Source of the DNA: a bacterium
GTDB lineage: Bacteria > Zhuqueibacterota > Zhuqueibacteria > JANLFK01 > Oleimicrobiaceae
DNA: 54,689 nt
Direction: 5' to 3'
Assembly (NCBI GenBank): GCA_037445575.1
Contig: JBBIKH010000005.1
Span: 1-54,689 of the forward strand
A program made the position numbers and the translations under genes. Positions 18,654-26,815 of the stretch are shown piece by piece (position 1 is the stretch's first letter; every line of letters starts with the position of its first letter). Under the pieces are notes generated by a model. It searched no databases and was not told where the DNA came from. It was given only the letters and a program-made list of their open reading frames with translations.

Positions 18654-19565
18654 TCAGTTACTTCGGTGCAAGCCCACGCTCAGCGACAGTTGCTGGGCCG
18701 TACCGATCCCATCCTGAAAAGGGGTATAAGAGTAATCCACGCCGTACCTCCCGCTACGGATGCCGATTCCCGCCGAGAGGCCGCGAGAGTCGTAGCCAAT
18801 CGCGTATCCAAGCCGCAGGGCCACCATCCCGTACAGCACACCTTCCGTCCCCAGGAGGAGCCGAGCGCTCTCGCCACGTTCCAGCAAGACATCCGAGAGG
18901 ACGCTCAGATGGCTCTGCCGAGGAGCGACGCTGATCGTCCAAGCGACCCCGCCTTGCAGCTGGTAGGGCAGGGCAACTCGCTCCTCGCGCAGCCGGCCGG
19001 TGCCCCCTAAGTTGCGGACCGCAACGCCGCAGGTGACCCCAGGCCAGCCGGTCTGGTACAGCCCCCCCACGTCAACAGCTACACCCCCAGCCGTATCCAG
19101 GTAGATTTTGTCGTAAAGGTACTTTCCCGTGATCCCGAGGTACAGGCGCTCATGCCAGCGGCGGGCATAGCTGAGGGCAAACACCACCTCATGGGCCGAG
19201 ACCACCGCCAGTGGTTCCGCCGTGGGCATGGTGCGCAGCTCGATATCGCCCACCGCCAGATGCGCCACGCTCCCTGCCCAGGCCTGGTGCTTGGTCACTA
19301 GGGTGGCCACCACCAGGTCGTGATCGATCCCCTGCAGCCATTCGTTGTGCGCAAGATATACCTGGCTGCCCCCCTGTGCTGCCAGAGCACCGGGGTTGCC
19401 CGACACGCTGGCGGCATCGCCAGCTGCGGCCACACCTGCGCCCGCCATAGCCGCCATGCGTGCTCCCGGTGCCATCCGCAGCAGCACAAGGCCACCCCCT
19501 CCTGCCCACGCGGGACAGGCGGCCACCCCCAGCAACACAAGCCACGTCCAAGAGCGACAAGCCAT
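18654..19565 (-). CDS. PorV/PorQ-like outer-membrane beta-barrel protein
   Basis: Signal peptide, then APGARMAAMAGAGVAAAGDAASVSGNPGALA (the G-A-R-x-x-A-M-G...D-A...N-P-A/G pattern of the PorV/PorQ / FadL-like family). Alternating beta-strand pattern. Ends in an aromatic-rich strand. Confidence 0.6.
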   Translation of the reverse strand: MACRSWTWLVLLGVAACPAWAGGGGLVLLRMAPGARMAAMAGAGVAAAGDAASVSGNPGALAAQGGSQVYLAHNEWLQGIDHDLVVATLVTKHQAWAGSVAHLAVGDIELRTMPTAEPLAVVSAHEVVFALSYARRWHERLYLGITGKYLYDKIYLDTAGGVAVDVGGLYQTGWPGVTCGVAVRNLGGTGRLREERVALPYQLQGGVAWTISVAPRQSHLSVLSDVLLERGESARLLLGTEGVLYGMVALRLGYAIGYDSRGLSAGIGIRSGRYGVDYSYTPFQDGIGTAQQLSLSVGLHRSN

Positions 19566-19578
19566 GATCGGGCTCCCT

Positions 19579-20550
19579 TTAGAAATGAAAAACCCATGCG
19601 AAGGTGTGATCGCCGGCCAGGCCCTCTACCGTCGGCAGATAGGCATAGTCCAGACCGGCAGTGCGCCCCAGGACCTTGAGGGCAAGACCGAGACCGCAGC
19701 GGAGGCGACCGTTGTCTACCCCCGCGCGCAGTGCCAGCTGCCGGGCGACCATTGCCTCCACGCCGCACCGATACAGAGTCCCCTGCAGGTCGCTCTGTTC
19801 CAGCTCAGCGCTGACGAGCAACCACCCAAACGTTGGACGGTACGAGGCTCCGGCACGCAGCGACACCGGGAAGCGGTCCACCACACTGGTGCCCCGCTCG
19901 TAGACCTTCTCGGTGTTCCACGTGTATTTGGCGTTGATATTGTGCACCGCCGCGCCCACTACCAGGCGTGGCAAGGGCATGACCATTACTCCTAGATTTA
20001 CTCCTACGCCGGAGCTGGTGAGGGTGCCGTTGTCGCGGGTGACCCCTGGCAAACGGTTGTAGAGGATCGCTCCAGTGATGCCCACTCCCACCACCCGGTG
20101 GGGGCGTACGGCAAAAGAGAAGACAAAGGCGTTTTCCGCATTCGAGAACGTCCCAATGTGCACGCCATCGGCGTCGCGGCCGTCGATGTTGGCCACTGCG
20201 GCATGAACCCAGCTCAAGGCGAGCCCGCCATCCATGGCACCAATGCCCTTCGGGCGAACGGGGAACGCAAAGCTTAGCACGTACAGGGCGCGGTCAAGGC
20301 TCAGCACACTCGCAACTGCCTCCGCTTGCGGGCCCTTGAGCAATGCCACGCCGGCAGGATTGTACAGGCCTACGCTGGCACCTTCCGGAATTGCCACGAA
20401 GGCATCGCCCATCGCCTGGGCCCGTGGAGCGACCCCCAGCCGGAGGAACGCGCCTGCATAGCCGCCGATTCCCTCCTGGGCCCACACCGCTGAGGCCACC
20501 GCCATGCATGCGGCGGACACCAATACAACTGGGAGTTGCCGCGCCCTCAT
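19579..20550 (-). CDS. PorV/PorQ-like outer-membrane beta-barrel protein (second copy)
   Basis: FLRLGVAPRAQAMGDAFVAIPEGASVGLYNPAGVA motif; C-terminal ...FAWVFHF. ATG 20550 with GGAGGAG directly upstream is preferred over the TTG at 20565. Confidence 0.6.
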   Translation of the reverse strand: MRARQLPVVLVSAACMAVASAVWAQEGIGGYAGAFLRLGVAPRAQAMGDAFVAIPEGASVGLYNPAGVALLKGPQAEAVASVLSLDRALYVLSFAFPVRPKGIGAMDGGLALSWVHAAVANIDGRDADGVHIGTFSNAENAFVFSFAVRPHRVVGVGITGAILYNRLPGVTRDNGTLTSSGVGVNLGVMVMPLPRLVVGAAVHNINAKYTWNTEKVYERGTSVVDRFPVSLRAGASYRPTFGWLLVSAELEQSDLQGTLYRCGVEAMVARQLALRAGVDNGRLRCGLGLALKVLGRTAGLDYAYLPTVEGLAGDHTFAWVFHF

Positions 20551-20561
20551 CGCTCCTCCGC

Positions 20562-22010
20562 TCAATTCAAGATCATCACCTTGCCCCAGTAGCTGCCTTC
20601 CCCCTCGAGGTCGAGGCGGTAGAAGTAGACCCCATTGGCCACCACGTCACCGCGATCGTTACGGCCGTTCCACGCCTCTGCAAAGTCGCCCACTGGGCGC
20701 GCCTTATGCTCCACCACCGTCGCCACAAGGTCAAGGGCAAAGTCGTAGACGCGAATGGTCACCCGCGTGGGCCTTGTGGTGTGGTACTGAAACCGCACGT
20801 ACCCATCGCCGCCAAGCTGGTTGTGACGCATGGGTGAAAAGGGATTGGGATAGGCGTAGGTGCGCGGTGTCCCCGCGGTCCCGGTCGGCACATAGGCTCG
20901 GAAGATCTGCCAGGTGAAGCCATTGTTGTTGGTCCTTGCCAGGCCATCGGCCGTCCCCACCCACAGATAAGCGTCTTGCCCCGCGGTTGTGCAATAGAAC
21001 TGGGTGGTGTAGATGCGTTCGCCGCTCTGGCTGTCAACAATAGGGGGAAAGACCAGAAAAGAGTCAGGCGCCACCGATTTCCAAAGACCATTGTCCGAGA
21101 CGGCGTACACGGTGCCTGTCGCAGGATCGAAGCCAAAATTGTGCACAAACTCCCCTTTGAGAAGCGTGCGCCAGCTTCTACCCCCGTCCTCGGACACAGA
21201 GACGGAGCGGAACTCCTCGGGGTCCTCGGCCTCGATGGTTGCGGCCCAAAGGATGGACTTGCCCTGCGCCCTCTGGTGGGCCAGCGCCACGACAAAGTTC
21301 CCGGAAATGGGGCTGGACTGGTTCTGGTGGTTCATATTGACCCACGTGCGACCGCCGTCGATCGACTTGTTGATCCCCTTGGCAGTGCCCACCCACAGGG
21401 TCTCCTCCACCGCGATCACGGCAAAGGCGCGGTGGTTGAGGTTGCCATACGGATCGAAAAGGAACGTATCGGGAGTGACTACCTCCCAACTTTGGCCCAT
21501 ATCGCGCGACTGCCGCAGACCACCTCCCCAGCTTGTGATCCACACCGCGCTATCAGTCAGCGCAATGTCGTAGGTGACGTTCTGCACCGGTGTCGGACCC
21601 GGCTGGGGGAGCCATTGCCAGGTGCGGCCACCGTCGACGCTATAGGAGAGTCCACCGCCTGCCGGCAGGTAGCCGATGTTAGTGATGAGCGTATCGAAGG
21701 CCGTCGCGGTCCAGATGGTGTCCCCGCGCATGGCCAAGGCCGATACTCCACCTTTGCCCAGTCCGTGGGCCCGGCCATAGGAGCGCCAGGTTGTGCCCCC
21801 GTCCTCACTCACACAGAGTCCGGCACCTGTGCCTGCCCAGATTCGGCCGCCGCTAATCACCAGATCGGTGACCGCATTGCTTGCCAGGCGCGGCACAGGG
21901 GTGGGCTGGTCCATGTGGTACCCCCCCTTATCAAGCACCTGGGCCAAGCCACCGCCAGTGAGAACGGCGAGGAACAACCCCGCCACGCCGAGGGCCAGTA
22001 GCCTCGCCAT
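20562..22010 (-). CDS. BNR/Asp-box repeat beta-propeller protein with T9SS type-A C-terminal sorting domain
   Basis: Six S-x-D-x-G-x-T/S-W boxes (SEDGGTTW, SVDGGRTW, SRDMGQSW, SIDGGRTW, SEDGGRSW, NNNGFTW). CTD YAYPNPFSP...ANGVYFYRLDLEGEGSYWGKVMILN. The start is set at ATG 22010 (MARLLALGVAGLFLAV signal peptide, GGAGGAG RBS), 10 nt after the upstream stop. Confidence 0.75.
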   Translation of the reverse strand: MARLLALGVAGLFLAVLTGGGLAQVLDKGGYHMDQPTPVPRLASNAVTDLVISGGRIWAGTGAGLCVSEDGGTTWRSYGRAHGLGKGGVSALAMRGDTIWTATAFDTLITNIGYLPAGGGLSYSVDGGRTWQWLPQPGPTPVQNVTYDIALTDSAVWITSWGGGLRQSRDMGQSWEVVTPDTFLFDPYGNLNHRAFAVIAVEETLWVGTAKGINKSIDGGRTWVNMNHQNQSSPISGNFVVALAHQRAQGKSILWAATIEAEDPEEFRSVSVSEDGGRSWRTLLKGEFVHNFGFDPATGTVYAVSDNGLWKSVAPDSFLVFPPIVDSQSGERIYTTQFYCTTAGQDAYLWVGTADGLARTNNNGFTWQIFRAYVPTGTAGTPRTYAYPNPFSPMRHNQLGGDGYVRFQYHTTRPTRVTIRVYDFALDLVATVVEHKARPVGDFAEAWNGRNDRGDVVANGVYFYRLDLEGEGSYWGKVMILN

Positions 22011-22020
22011 CGGGCTCCTC

Positions 22021-23208
22021 CTACCGGACCTTGAAACGACGGATAATGGTCGCACTTGTATTTCCAACCCTATCCTCCGCTTGGAAGGTGAATGTGTACC
22101 ACCCTTGCTGGATGGGGTTCCCTTGTGGGTCCCACCGCTGCGCATCCTGGTCAGCATACACAACCAAGGTGAATGTGTATACCCCGTCGCCGGCAATCTG
22201 ATCCCCGTAGGCCTGGACCTGCAAAGGGTCAAAGGGCAGGCCGTTGTCCACCATGGGAATGGGTTGACCAGCGTTGGCGACCGTGGAGTCCGGCTTGCGG
22301 GAGATAAATCCCACACGCTTGATATCTTCCCAGGACTGAGGATCGCGTACCGCCGCAGTGATGGGGACCAAAACTGCCCCACTCACCGGCTTGGCAACGG
22401 AGTCTGGCACGGTGACCTCCTCAAGAACCGGAGGCCCATTGCCGATGTAAAGCGAGGCGCGCGCCTCAGTGCTCTGAGCTCCCCCTAGGTCACTCGCCAC
22501 GAAGATGAGCTCGTGGGCGCCCATTTTCCCGGCGGCAAAGTTCGCCTGTACTCCCAGGCTGAAGCGGCCGTCTCCTGGCATCTCGTCACCTTGCGTGCCA
22601 TCGTCGGCGAGCGCACCGGCAAACGCCCAGGCACCGCCGTGCAGGGCGCGGAAATCCACCACCCGCACATCGCCCACGCCCTGGGAATCGAACACGTCGG
22701 CGCACAGGAGCACGGTGCCTTGGAAGCCACTGGGCAGGGAATCCGGGACGCTCAGATGCACGATCTCCGGTGGCGAGTTGGCGCGCAACAGGACGTTCTT
22801 GACCACCGCCTCCGACCAATGACCATCTTGATCTACTGCTCGGAATTCAACGGACATGCTCTCAGCGGTACTCTGCCCGGATGTCCGGCGCAGGCGCTGT
22901 GAGAACATGCCATCCTTGGCGATCTCGTCGCCGTCCCCTGGATGGAGAAACCCGCCGTCGTCCCACAAGGTGTCGGTGCCTGCGGCAAGGGCCTGCGCGT
23001 ACCACGTCATGAGCACAAACCGCACATCGGCCACCCCCTGGGGATCCGCCACGACCGCTTGCACCAGATACCACTGCGAGCGATTCAACACAGAAGGCAT
23101 CCTCAGTTCCAGAATGCGAGGAGCCTGGTCTTCCCAGCCGTTGGGGGACTCGGAGCTACACGCCACGATGAGGCCAAGGAATGCTACCGCCAGGCGGGTA
23201 CGCCGCAT
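22021..23208 (-). CDS. lipoprotein with three internal ~115-aa Ig-like repeats
   Basis: Lipobox LIVAC. Each of the three modules contains D-P/S-Q-G-V-x-D-V-R then GD-E-x-x-x-DG-x-F/Y-S/T (DPQGVADVR...GDEIAKDGMFS; DSQGVGDVR...GDEMPGDGRFS; DPQSWEDIKR...GDQIAGDGVYT). Confidence 0.65.
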   Translation of the reverse strand: MRRTRLAVAFLGLIVACSSESPNGWEDQAPRILELRMPSVLNRSQWYLVQAVVADPQGVADVRFVLMTWYAQALAAGTDTLWDDGGFLHPGDGDEIAKDGMFSQRLRRTSGQSTAESMSVEFRAVDQDGHWSEAVVKNVLLRANSPPEIVHLSVPDSLPSGFQGTVLLCADVFDSQGVGDVRVVDFRALHGGAWAFAGALADDGTQGDEMPGDGRFSLGVQANFAAGKMGAHELIFVASDLGGAQSTEARASLYIGNGPPVLEEVTVPDSVAKPVSGAVLVPITAAVRDPQSWEDIKRVGFISRKPDSTVANAGQPIPMVDNGLPFDPLQVQAYGDQIAGDGVYTFTLVVYADQDAQRWDPQGNPIQQGWYTFTFQAEDRVGNTSATIIRRFKVR

Positions 23209-23225
23209 AGAGCGCCTTCCTCATA

Positions 23226-23262
23226 CAAAAAGACCGGGCGTTTGCTCGGCTGGCACCCGGTC
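23226..23262 (-). terminator. intrinsic terminator-like hairpin + U-tract only 18 nt upstream of the 23208 start codon (possible attenuator)
   Basis: Minus strand reads GACCGGGTG-ccagccgagcaaa-CGCCCGGTC-TTTTTG, a 9-bp stem including one G.U pair. The RBS GAGGAAGG follows immediately. Confidence 0.5.
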
Positions 23263-23400
23263 CATAGGTCACGTTGCAAGGCCAGCACCCGAGTCGCTAG
23301 GAATTCCTGCAAGCTCTCAATCCCATACCACGACAACAGACGTGCAACACCCTAGCAAAGACGGACTCGAGGCGACCTCCACGTTTCTTCCGCGCAGGCA

Positions 23401-23429
23401 AATGTAGCGAAACGCCCAAGAAAAATCAA
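23401..23429 (-). promoter_or_regulatory. candidate sigma70 promoter (TTGATT-N17-TACATT) overlapping the HAD stop codon
   Basis: Minus strand reads gcgcTTGATTtttcttgggcgtttcgcTACATTtgcc. It would give a ~185-nt leader containing the terminator hairpin. Confidence 0.3.
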
Positions 23430-24100
23430 GCGCTTTTTCGGCTCGGCCGGTCCTTCAGAACCAGACTATCAAGTTGGCTGTGCAGGGCGCGAAGGTCGGA
23501 GACAATAACGTCTGCGCCCGAGAGATATTGCTCGCTCAATGTTGTGCGCACTGCCACGCACGCCATACCAGCGGCGCGCGCCGCCTGGATGCCGGAGGGG
23601 GCGTTTTCCACAACCAGGCATTGCGCAGGTGGCACCCCCAACCGCTGCGCCGCAAGGATATAGGGATCGGGATGTGGCTTACCGCGCGCTGCATCGCCGG
23701 CGGCCACGATGGCGTCGAACAGCGCGATCAGCTGCGGCGGAAGCACTGCGCTGACGTTGGCCCGCTCCGTGCCAGTCACTAAGGCCACCTTGAGACCACG
23801 CCGCTTGAGTTCGCTTACCAGCTCCATAGCGCCTGGTGCCGCCCCGGCCCGATGCAGCTGCCGAAAGCGCTCGTTCTTGCGGCGCGCCACCTCCTCCGCC
23901 TGCTCTGTGGACATCGGCACACCCACGCTGTCAGCAATGATCTTGGCAATCTCGCCAGCCGGGCGCCCCTCGTTGCGCAGCACCATCTCCGGCGCGAGCT
24001 CAATGCCCACGGAGGCCAGCACCTCCCTCCACGCCGCCAGGTGCCAGGGCATCGTGTCGCCAATCACCCCATCAAAATCAAACAACACCGCCCGTATCAC
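23426..24100 (-). CDS. HAD-superfamily hydrolase (beta-phosphoglucomutase/phosphatase-like)
   Basis: Motif I AVLFDFDGVIGDT, VTGT (motif II region) and a C-terminal ENAPSGIQAARAAGM. The GTG start overlaps the stop of the upstream lyase (GTGA). Confidence 0.85.
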   Translation of the reverse strand: MIRAVLFDFDGVIGDTMPWHLAAWREVLASVGIELAPEMVLRNEGRPAGEIAKIIADSVGVPMSTEQAEEVARRKNERFRQLHRAGAAPGAMELVSELKRRGLKVALVTGTERANVSAVLPPQLIALFDAIVAAGDAARGKPHPDPYILAAQRLGVPPAQCLVVENAPSGIQAARAAGMACVAVRTTLSEQYLSGADVIVSDLRALHSQLDSLVLKDRPSRKSA

Positions 24101-25473
24101 TCCACCTCCTCAAGGCGCGCGGTGAAATGCCGCAACAGGGGGGCCTCATACACCAGGCGAAGTCCCTTGATGGACTCCCGCCTCTGGTAGAGGCTAATGA
24201 GCGCTTCCGCGACATAGTTCATGTGCATCGTGGTGTACACACGTCGGGGCACCGCCAGGCGCACCAATTCCAAAGGAGGGTGGCGCTCTTCGCCCGTCAC
24301 GGGGTCTTTTTCTGCGAACATCAAACTGCCAATCTCCACCGCCCTAATGCCGAATTCCCGATACAGAGCCACCACCAGCGCCTGCCCTGGAAACTGCGCG
24401 GGCGGAATGTGGGGCAGAAATTCGCGAGCGTTCACATACACCGCATGCCCCCCTACAGGCTTCAGGATGGGCACACCGGCTTTGTCCAACAGTTCCCCCA
24501 AGTAACGCACTTGGCCGACTCGAAAGCGCAGATAGTCCTCGTCAAGCACCTCTTCAAGGCCGCGGGCGATGGCTTCCAAGTCCCTTCCTGCCAGGCCCCC
24601 ATACGTCGTAAAGCCCTCCACCAGGATGAGCAGGTTGGACACCTTTTCGCACAGCCCGTCATCGTTCATCCCCAGGAAGCCGCCGATGTTGACAAGCCCA
24701 TCCTTCTTGGCGCTCATGGTGCAGCCATCGCCGTAGGAGAACATCTCCTGCGCAATGGCCGCAATCGACTTGTCCTGGTATCCTGGTTCCCGTTCCTTGA
24801 TGAAGTAGCAGTTTTCCGCAAAGCGGCAAGCGTCGAAGAAAAGAGGGATGCCGTATCTGCTGAGGAGCTGCTTGGTCTGGCGAATGTTCTCCATCGACAC
24901 GGGCTGGCCACCGCCACTGTTGTTAGTGACGGTGATCATGCACAGGGGAATGTTTTCTGGGCCGTAGGTGCCAATCACCTGCTCGAGTTTGGCCAAGTCC
25001 ATGTTCCCCTTGAAAGGGTGCACCACGTGCGGATCACGCCCCTCGTCGATCACCAGATCAAGCGGTATGCCCCCGTTGTGGAGGACGTTGGCCCGCGTGG
25101 TGTCGAAATGGTTGTTGTTGGGGACCACCTTGCCCTTGCTCACCGTCACGGAAAAGAGCAGGTTTTCCGCAGAGCGGCCTTGGTGCGTGGGGATGACGTG
25201 CTTGAAGCCGAAAATCCTGCGCACCGTCTCCTCCAGATGGAAGTAGTTGCGGCTCCCGGCGTAGGACTCGTCGCCCAGCATCATGCCGGCCCACTGGTTG
25301 TCGCTCATTGCCGAAGTGCCGCTGTCGGTGAGCAGGTCGATGAGAATGCTCTCGGCGGGCAGGTTGAAGACATTTAGCCCGCCCTCCCGCAACAACCGGT
25401 CGCGCTCCTCGCGGGTGGTGCGCTTGATGGGCTCGACGACTTTGATTTTGAAAGGCTCAAACAGTTGCTCCAT
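24097..25473 (-). CDS. tryptophanase / tyrosine phenol-lyase-family beta-eliminating PLP lyase
   Basis: Near-colinear with the TPL/Tnase family: FKIKVVEP, IDLLTDSGTSAMSDNQWAGMMLGDESYAGS, PLP lysine in CTMSAKKDGLVNIGGFL and C-terminal FTARLEEV. Substrate (Trp vs Tyr) cannot be decided by eye. Confidence 0.9.
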   Translation of the reverse strand: MEQLFEPFKIKVVEPIKRTTREERDRLLREGGLNVFNLPAESILIDLLTDSGTSAMSDNQWAGMMLGDESYAGSRNYFHLEETVRRIFGFKHVIPTHQGRSAENLLFSVTVSKGKVVPNNNHFDTTRANVLHNGGIPLDLVIDEGRDPHVVHPFKGNMDLAKLEQVIGTYGPENIPLCMITVTNNSGGGQPVSMENIRQTKQLLSRYGIPLFFDACRFAENCYFIKEREPGYQDKSIAAIAQEMFSYGDGCTMSAKKDGLVNIGGFLGMNDDGLCEKVSNLLILVEGFTTYGGLAGRDLEAIARGLEEVLDEDYLRFRVGQVRYLGELLDKAGVPILKPVGGHAVYVNAREFLPHIPPAQFPGQALVVALYREFGIRAVEIGSLMFAEKDPVTGEERHPPLELVRLAVPRRVYTTMHMNYVAEALISLYQRRESIKGLRLVYEAPLLRHFTARLEEVE

Positions 25474-25493
25474 GGGCGCCCCATATCTGCTGT

Positions 25494-26033
25494 TCAGCGA
25501 TGCAATGGTTCGAAAGTGATAAAGTCCGCATGGTGGACGATAATCGCCTCCGGGCTTCGGTAACCACTGTCCCCCTCCTTGGCATGCACGGCGATGATGT
25601 GCACTACCTCATCGGGCAAGCCATGGGCGAGCGCCAGCCCCGCACCACTGAACGGGTGGCGGAGAAGTTTGCCCCCTGCGCTCTTGACAAAACCCTGGCC
25701 ACCTCGACCGAACTCCAGAAGCTTGCCGACGTCGTGGAGTAACGCCCCAGCTGCCAACACGTCGAAATTGAGGTTCAGATGGCCCGTGTAGTGCTCTGCC
25801 AGGACCTCTGCTGTTTTGATGGCGATCTGGGTCACCGCCCGCACGTGGGTGAGGTAGCTGACTGGACAGTTAGGAATCAGCAAGGTGAATGGCATGGAAA
25901 CCAGGTCCTCGGGTGACCAACCTCCACGGGCCAGGGCATCGGCCATCACCGCCACCGTCTTGTCCCGCAGCGTAGTATCCTTGATCCAGGACAGCTCGGG
26001 GAATAGTTCTCGTAGTCGTTGCGCATTGTCCAT
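25494..26033 (-). CDS. HD-domain metal-dependent phosphohydrolase
   Basis: GALLHDVGK motif and a downstream HAKEGD region. ATG 26033 with a GAGGAG RBS is preferred over the GTG at 26051. Confidence 0.75.
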   Translation of the reverse strand: MDNAQRLRELFPELSWIKDTTLRDKTVAVMADALARGGWSPEDLVSMPFTLLIPNCPVSYLTHVRAVTQIAIKTAEVLAEHYTGHLNLNFDVLAAGALLHDVGKLLEFGRGGQGFVKSAGGKLLRHPFSGAGLALAHGLPDEVVHIIAVHAKEGDSGYRSPEAIIVHHADFITFEPLHR

Positions 26034-26047
26034 GGCTCTCTTTCTCC

Positions 26048-26788
26048 TCACCGTCCGTTACCTTGCGGGGCGGACTCGCGCAGCACTACAGCCATGTCGC
26101 GGACCGCCTGGGCCAACCCCACCAGCAGCGCGCGGCAGAGCAGTGCATGGCCAACGTTGACCTCCTCGATCTGGACGATCTTTGCCACTTCGCGCACGTT
26201 CTGGTAGTTCAAGCCGCCTGCGACGCTCACGCCGAGGCCCAGCTTGTTCGCCGCCAACGCAGCCGCTCGCAACTTCTCCAGCTGCTCGCTCTGGGCGTTG
26301 AGATCCTGGGCCAATGCCAACTGGGTCGTGTTCAGCTCCACATAGTCGACACCCACCTGCGCAGCTGCCTTGACCTGCCGGACCTCCGGCTCGATGCGCA
26401 CCGTGACCACCACATTGCTGCCGCGCAGCCCGGCAACCAACTCCGTCATTGCTTCGACCGCGGCTACCACATCAACTCCTGCCGGTGGCACCACCCCCTG
26501 CGCCAGTGCCGGGATCAAGGTGACCATATCCGGCTGCACGGCCACCGCCCTCTTGACCATTTCTTCCTTTGCCGCCACACGCAGGTTAAAGTGTGTGGTC
26601 ACCACCTCCTTGAGCAAGGCGATGTCGCGCTCGGTCAGGTAACGACGATCTTCCCGCAAGGTGGCGACGATGCCGTCGGCTCCCCCCACCTCTGCCTGCA
26701 CGGCTGCGGCGACGGGGTTGGGTTCCTTGCCGCGCCCGTCGGCGCGCATCACTGCCACCAAATCCACATTCACCCCGAGCCTGAGCAT
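26048..26788 (-). CDS. pdxJ: PdxJ-like TIM-barrel protein (pyridoxine 5'-phosphate synthase homologue with substituted catalytic residues)
   Basis: Gap-free alignment by eye to E. coli PdxJ over the first ~110 residues (LGVNVD..., GGADGI, LREDRR, NVGHA). ATG 26788 is preceded by GGAGGAG at 5 nt. See the finding on its active site. Confidence 0.8.
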   Translation of the reverse strand: MLRLGVNVDLVAVMRADGRGKEPNPVAAAVQAEVGGADGIVATLREDRRYLTERDIALLKEVVTTHFNLRVAAKEEMVKRAVAVQPDMVTLIPALAQGVVPPAGVDVVAAVEAMTELVAGLRGSNVVVTVRIEPEVRQVKAAAQVGVDYVELNTTQLALAQDLNAQSEQLEKLRAAALAANKLGLGVSVAGGLNYQNVREVAKIVQIEEVNVGHALLCRALLVGLAQAVRDMAVVLRESAPQGNGR

Positions 26789-26815
26789 AACCACTCCTCC
26801 TGGTTCTACCCCTGC

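Noticed and set aside
22011-22382. 124-codon N-terminal extension of the BNR-propeller ORF, overlapping the upstream lipoprotein gene.
   Set aside because: The extension overlaps 22021-23208 in another frame and is Pro/Ser/Arg-rich. ATG 22010 gives a signal peptide and a strong RBS 10 nt after the upstream stop. The same reasoning applies to 39912-40070, 41520-41594, 42532-42591, 46823-46888 and 51785-51829.
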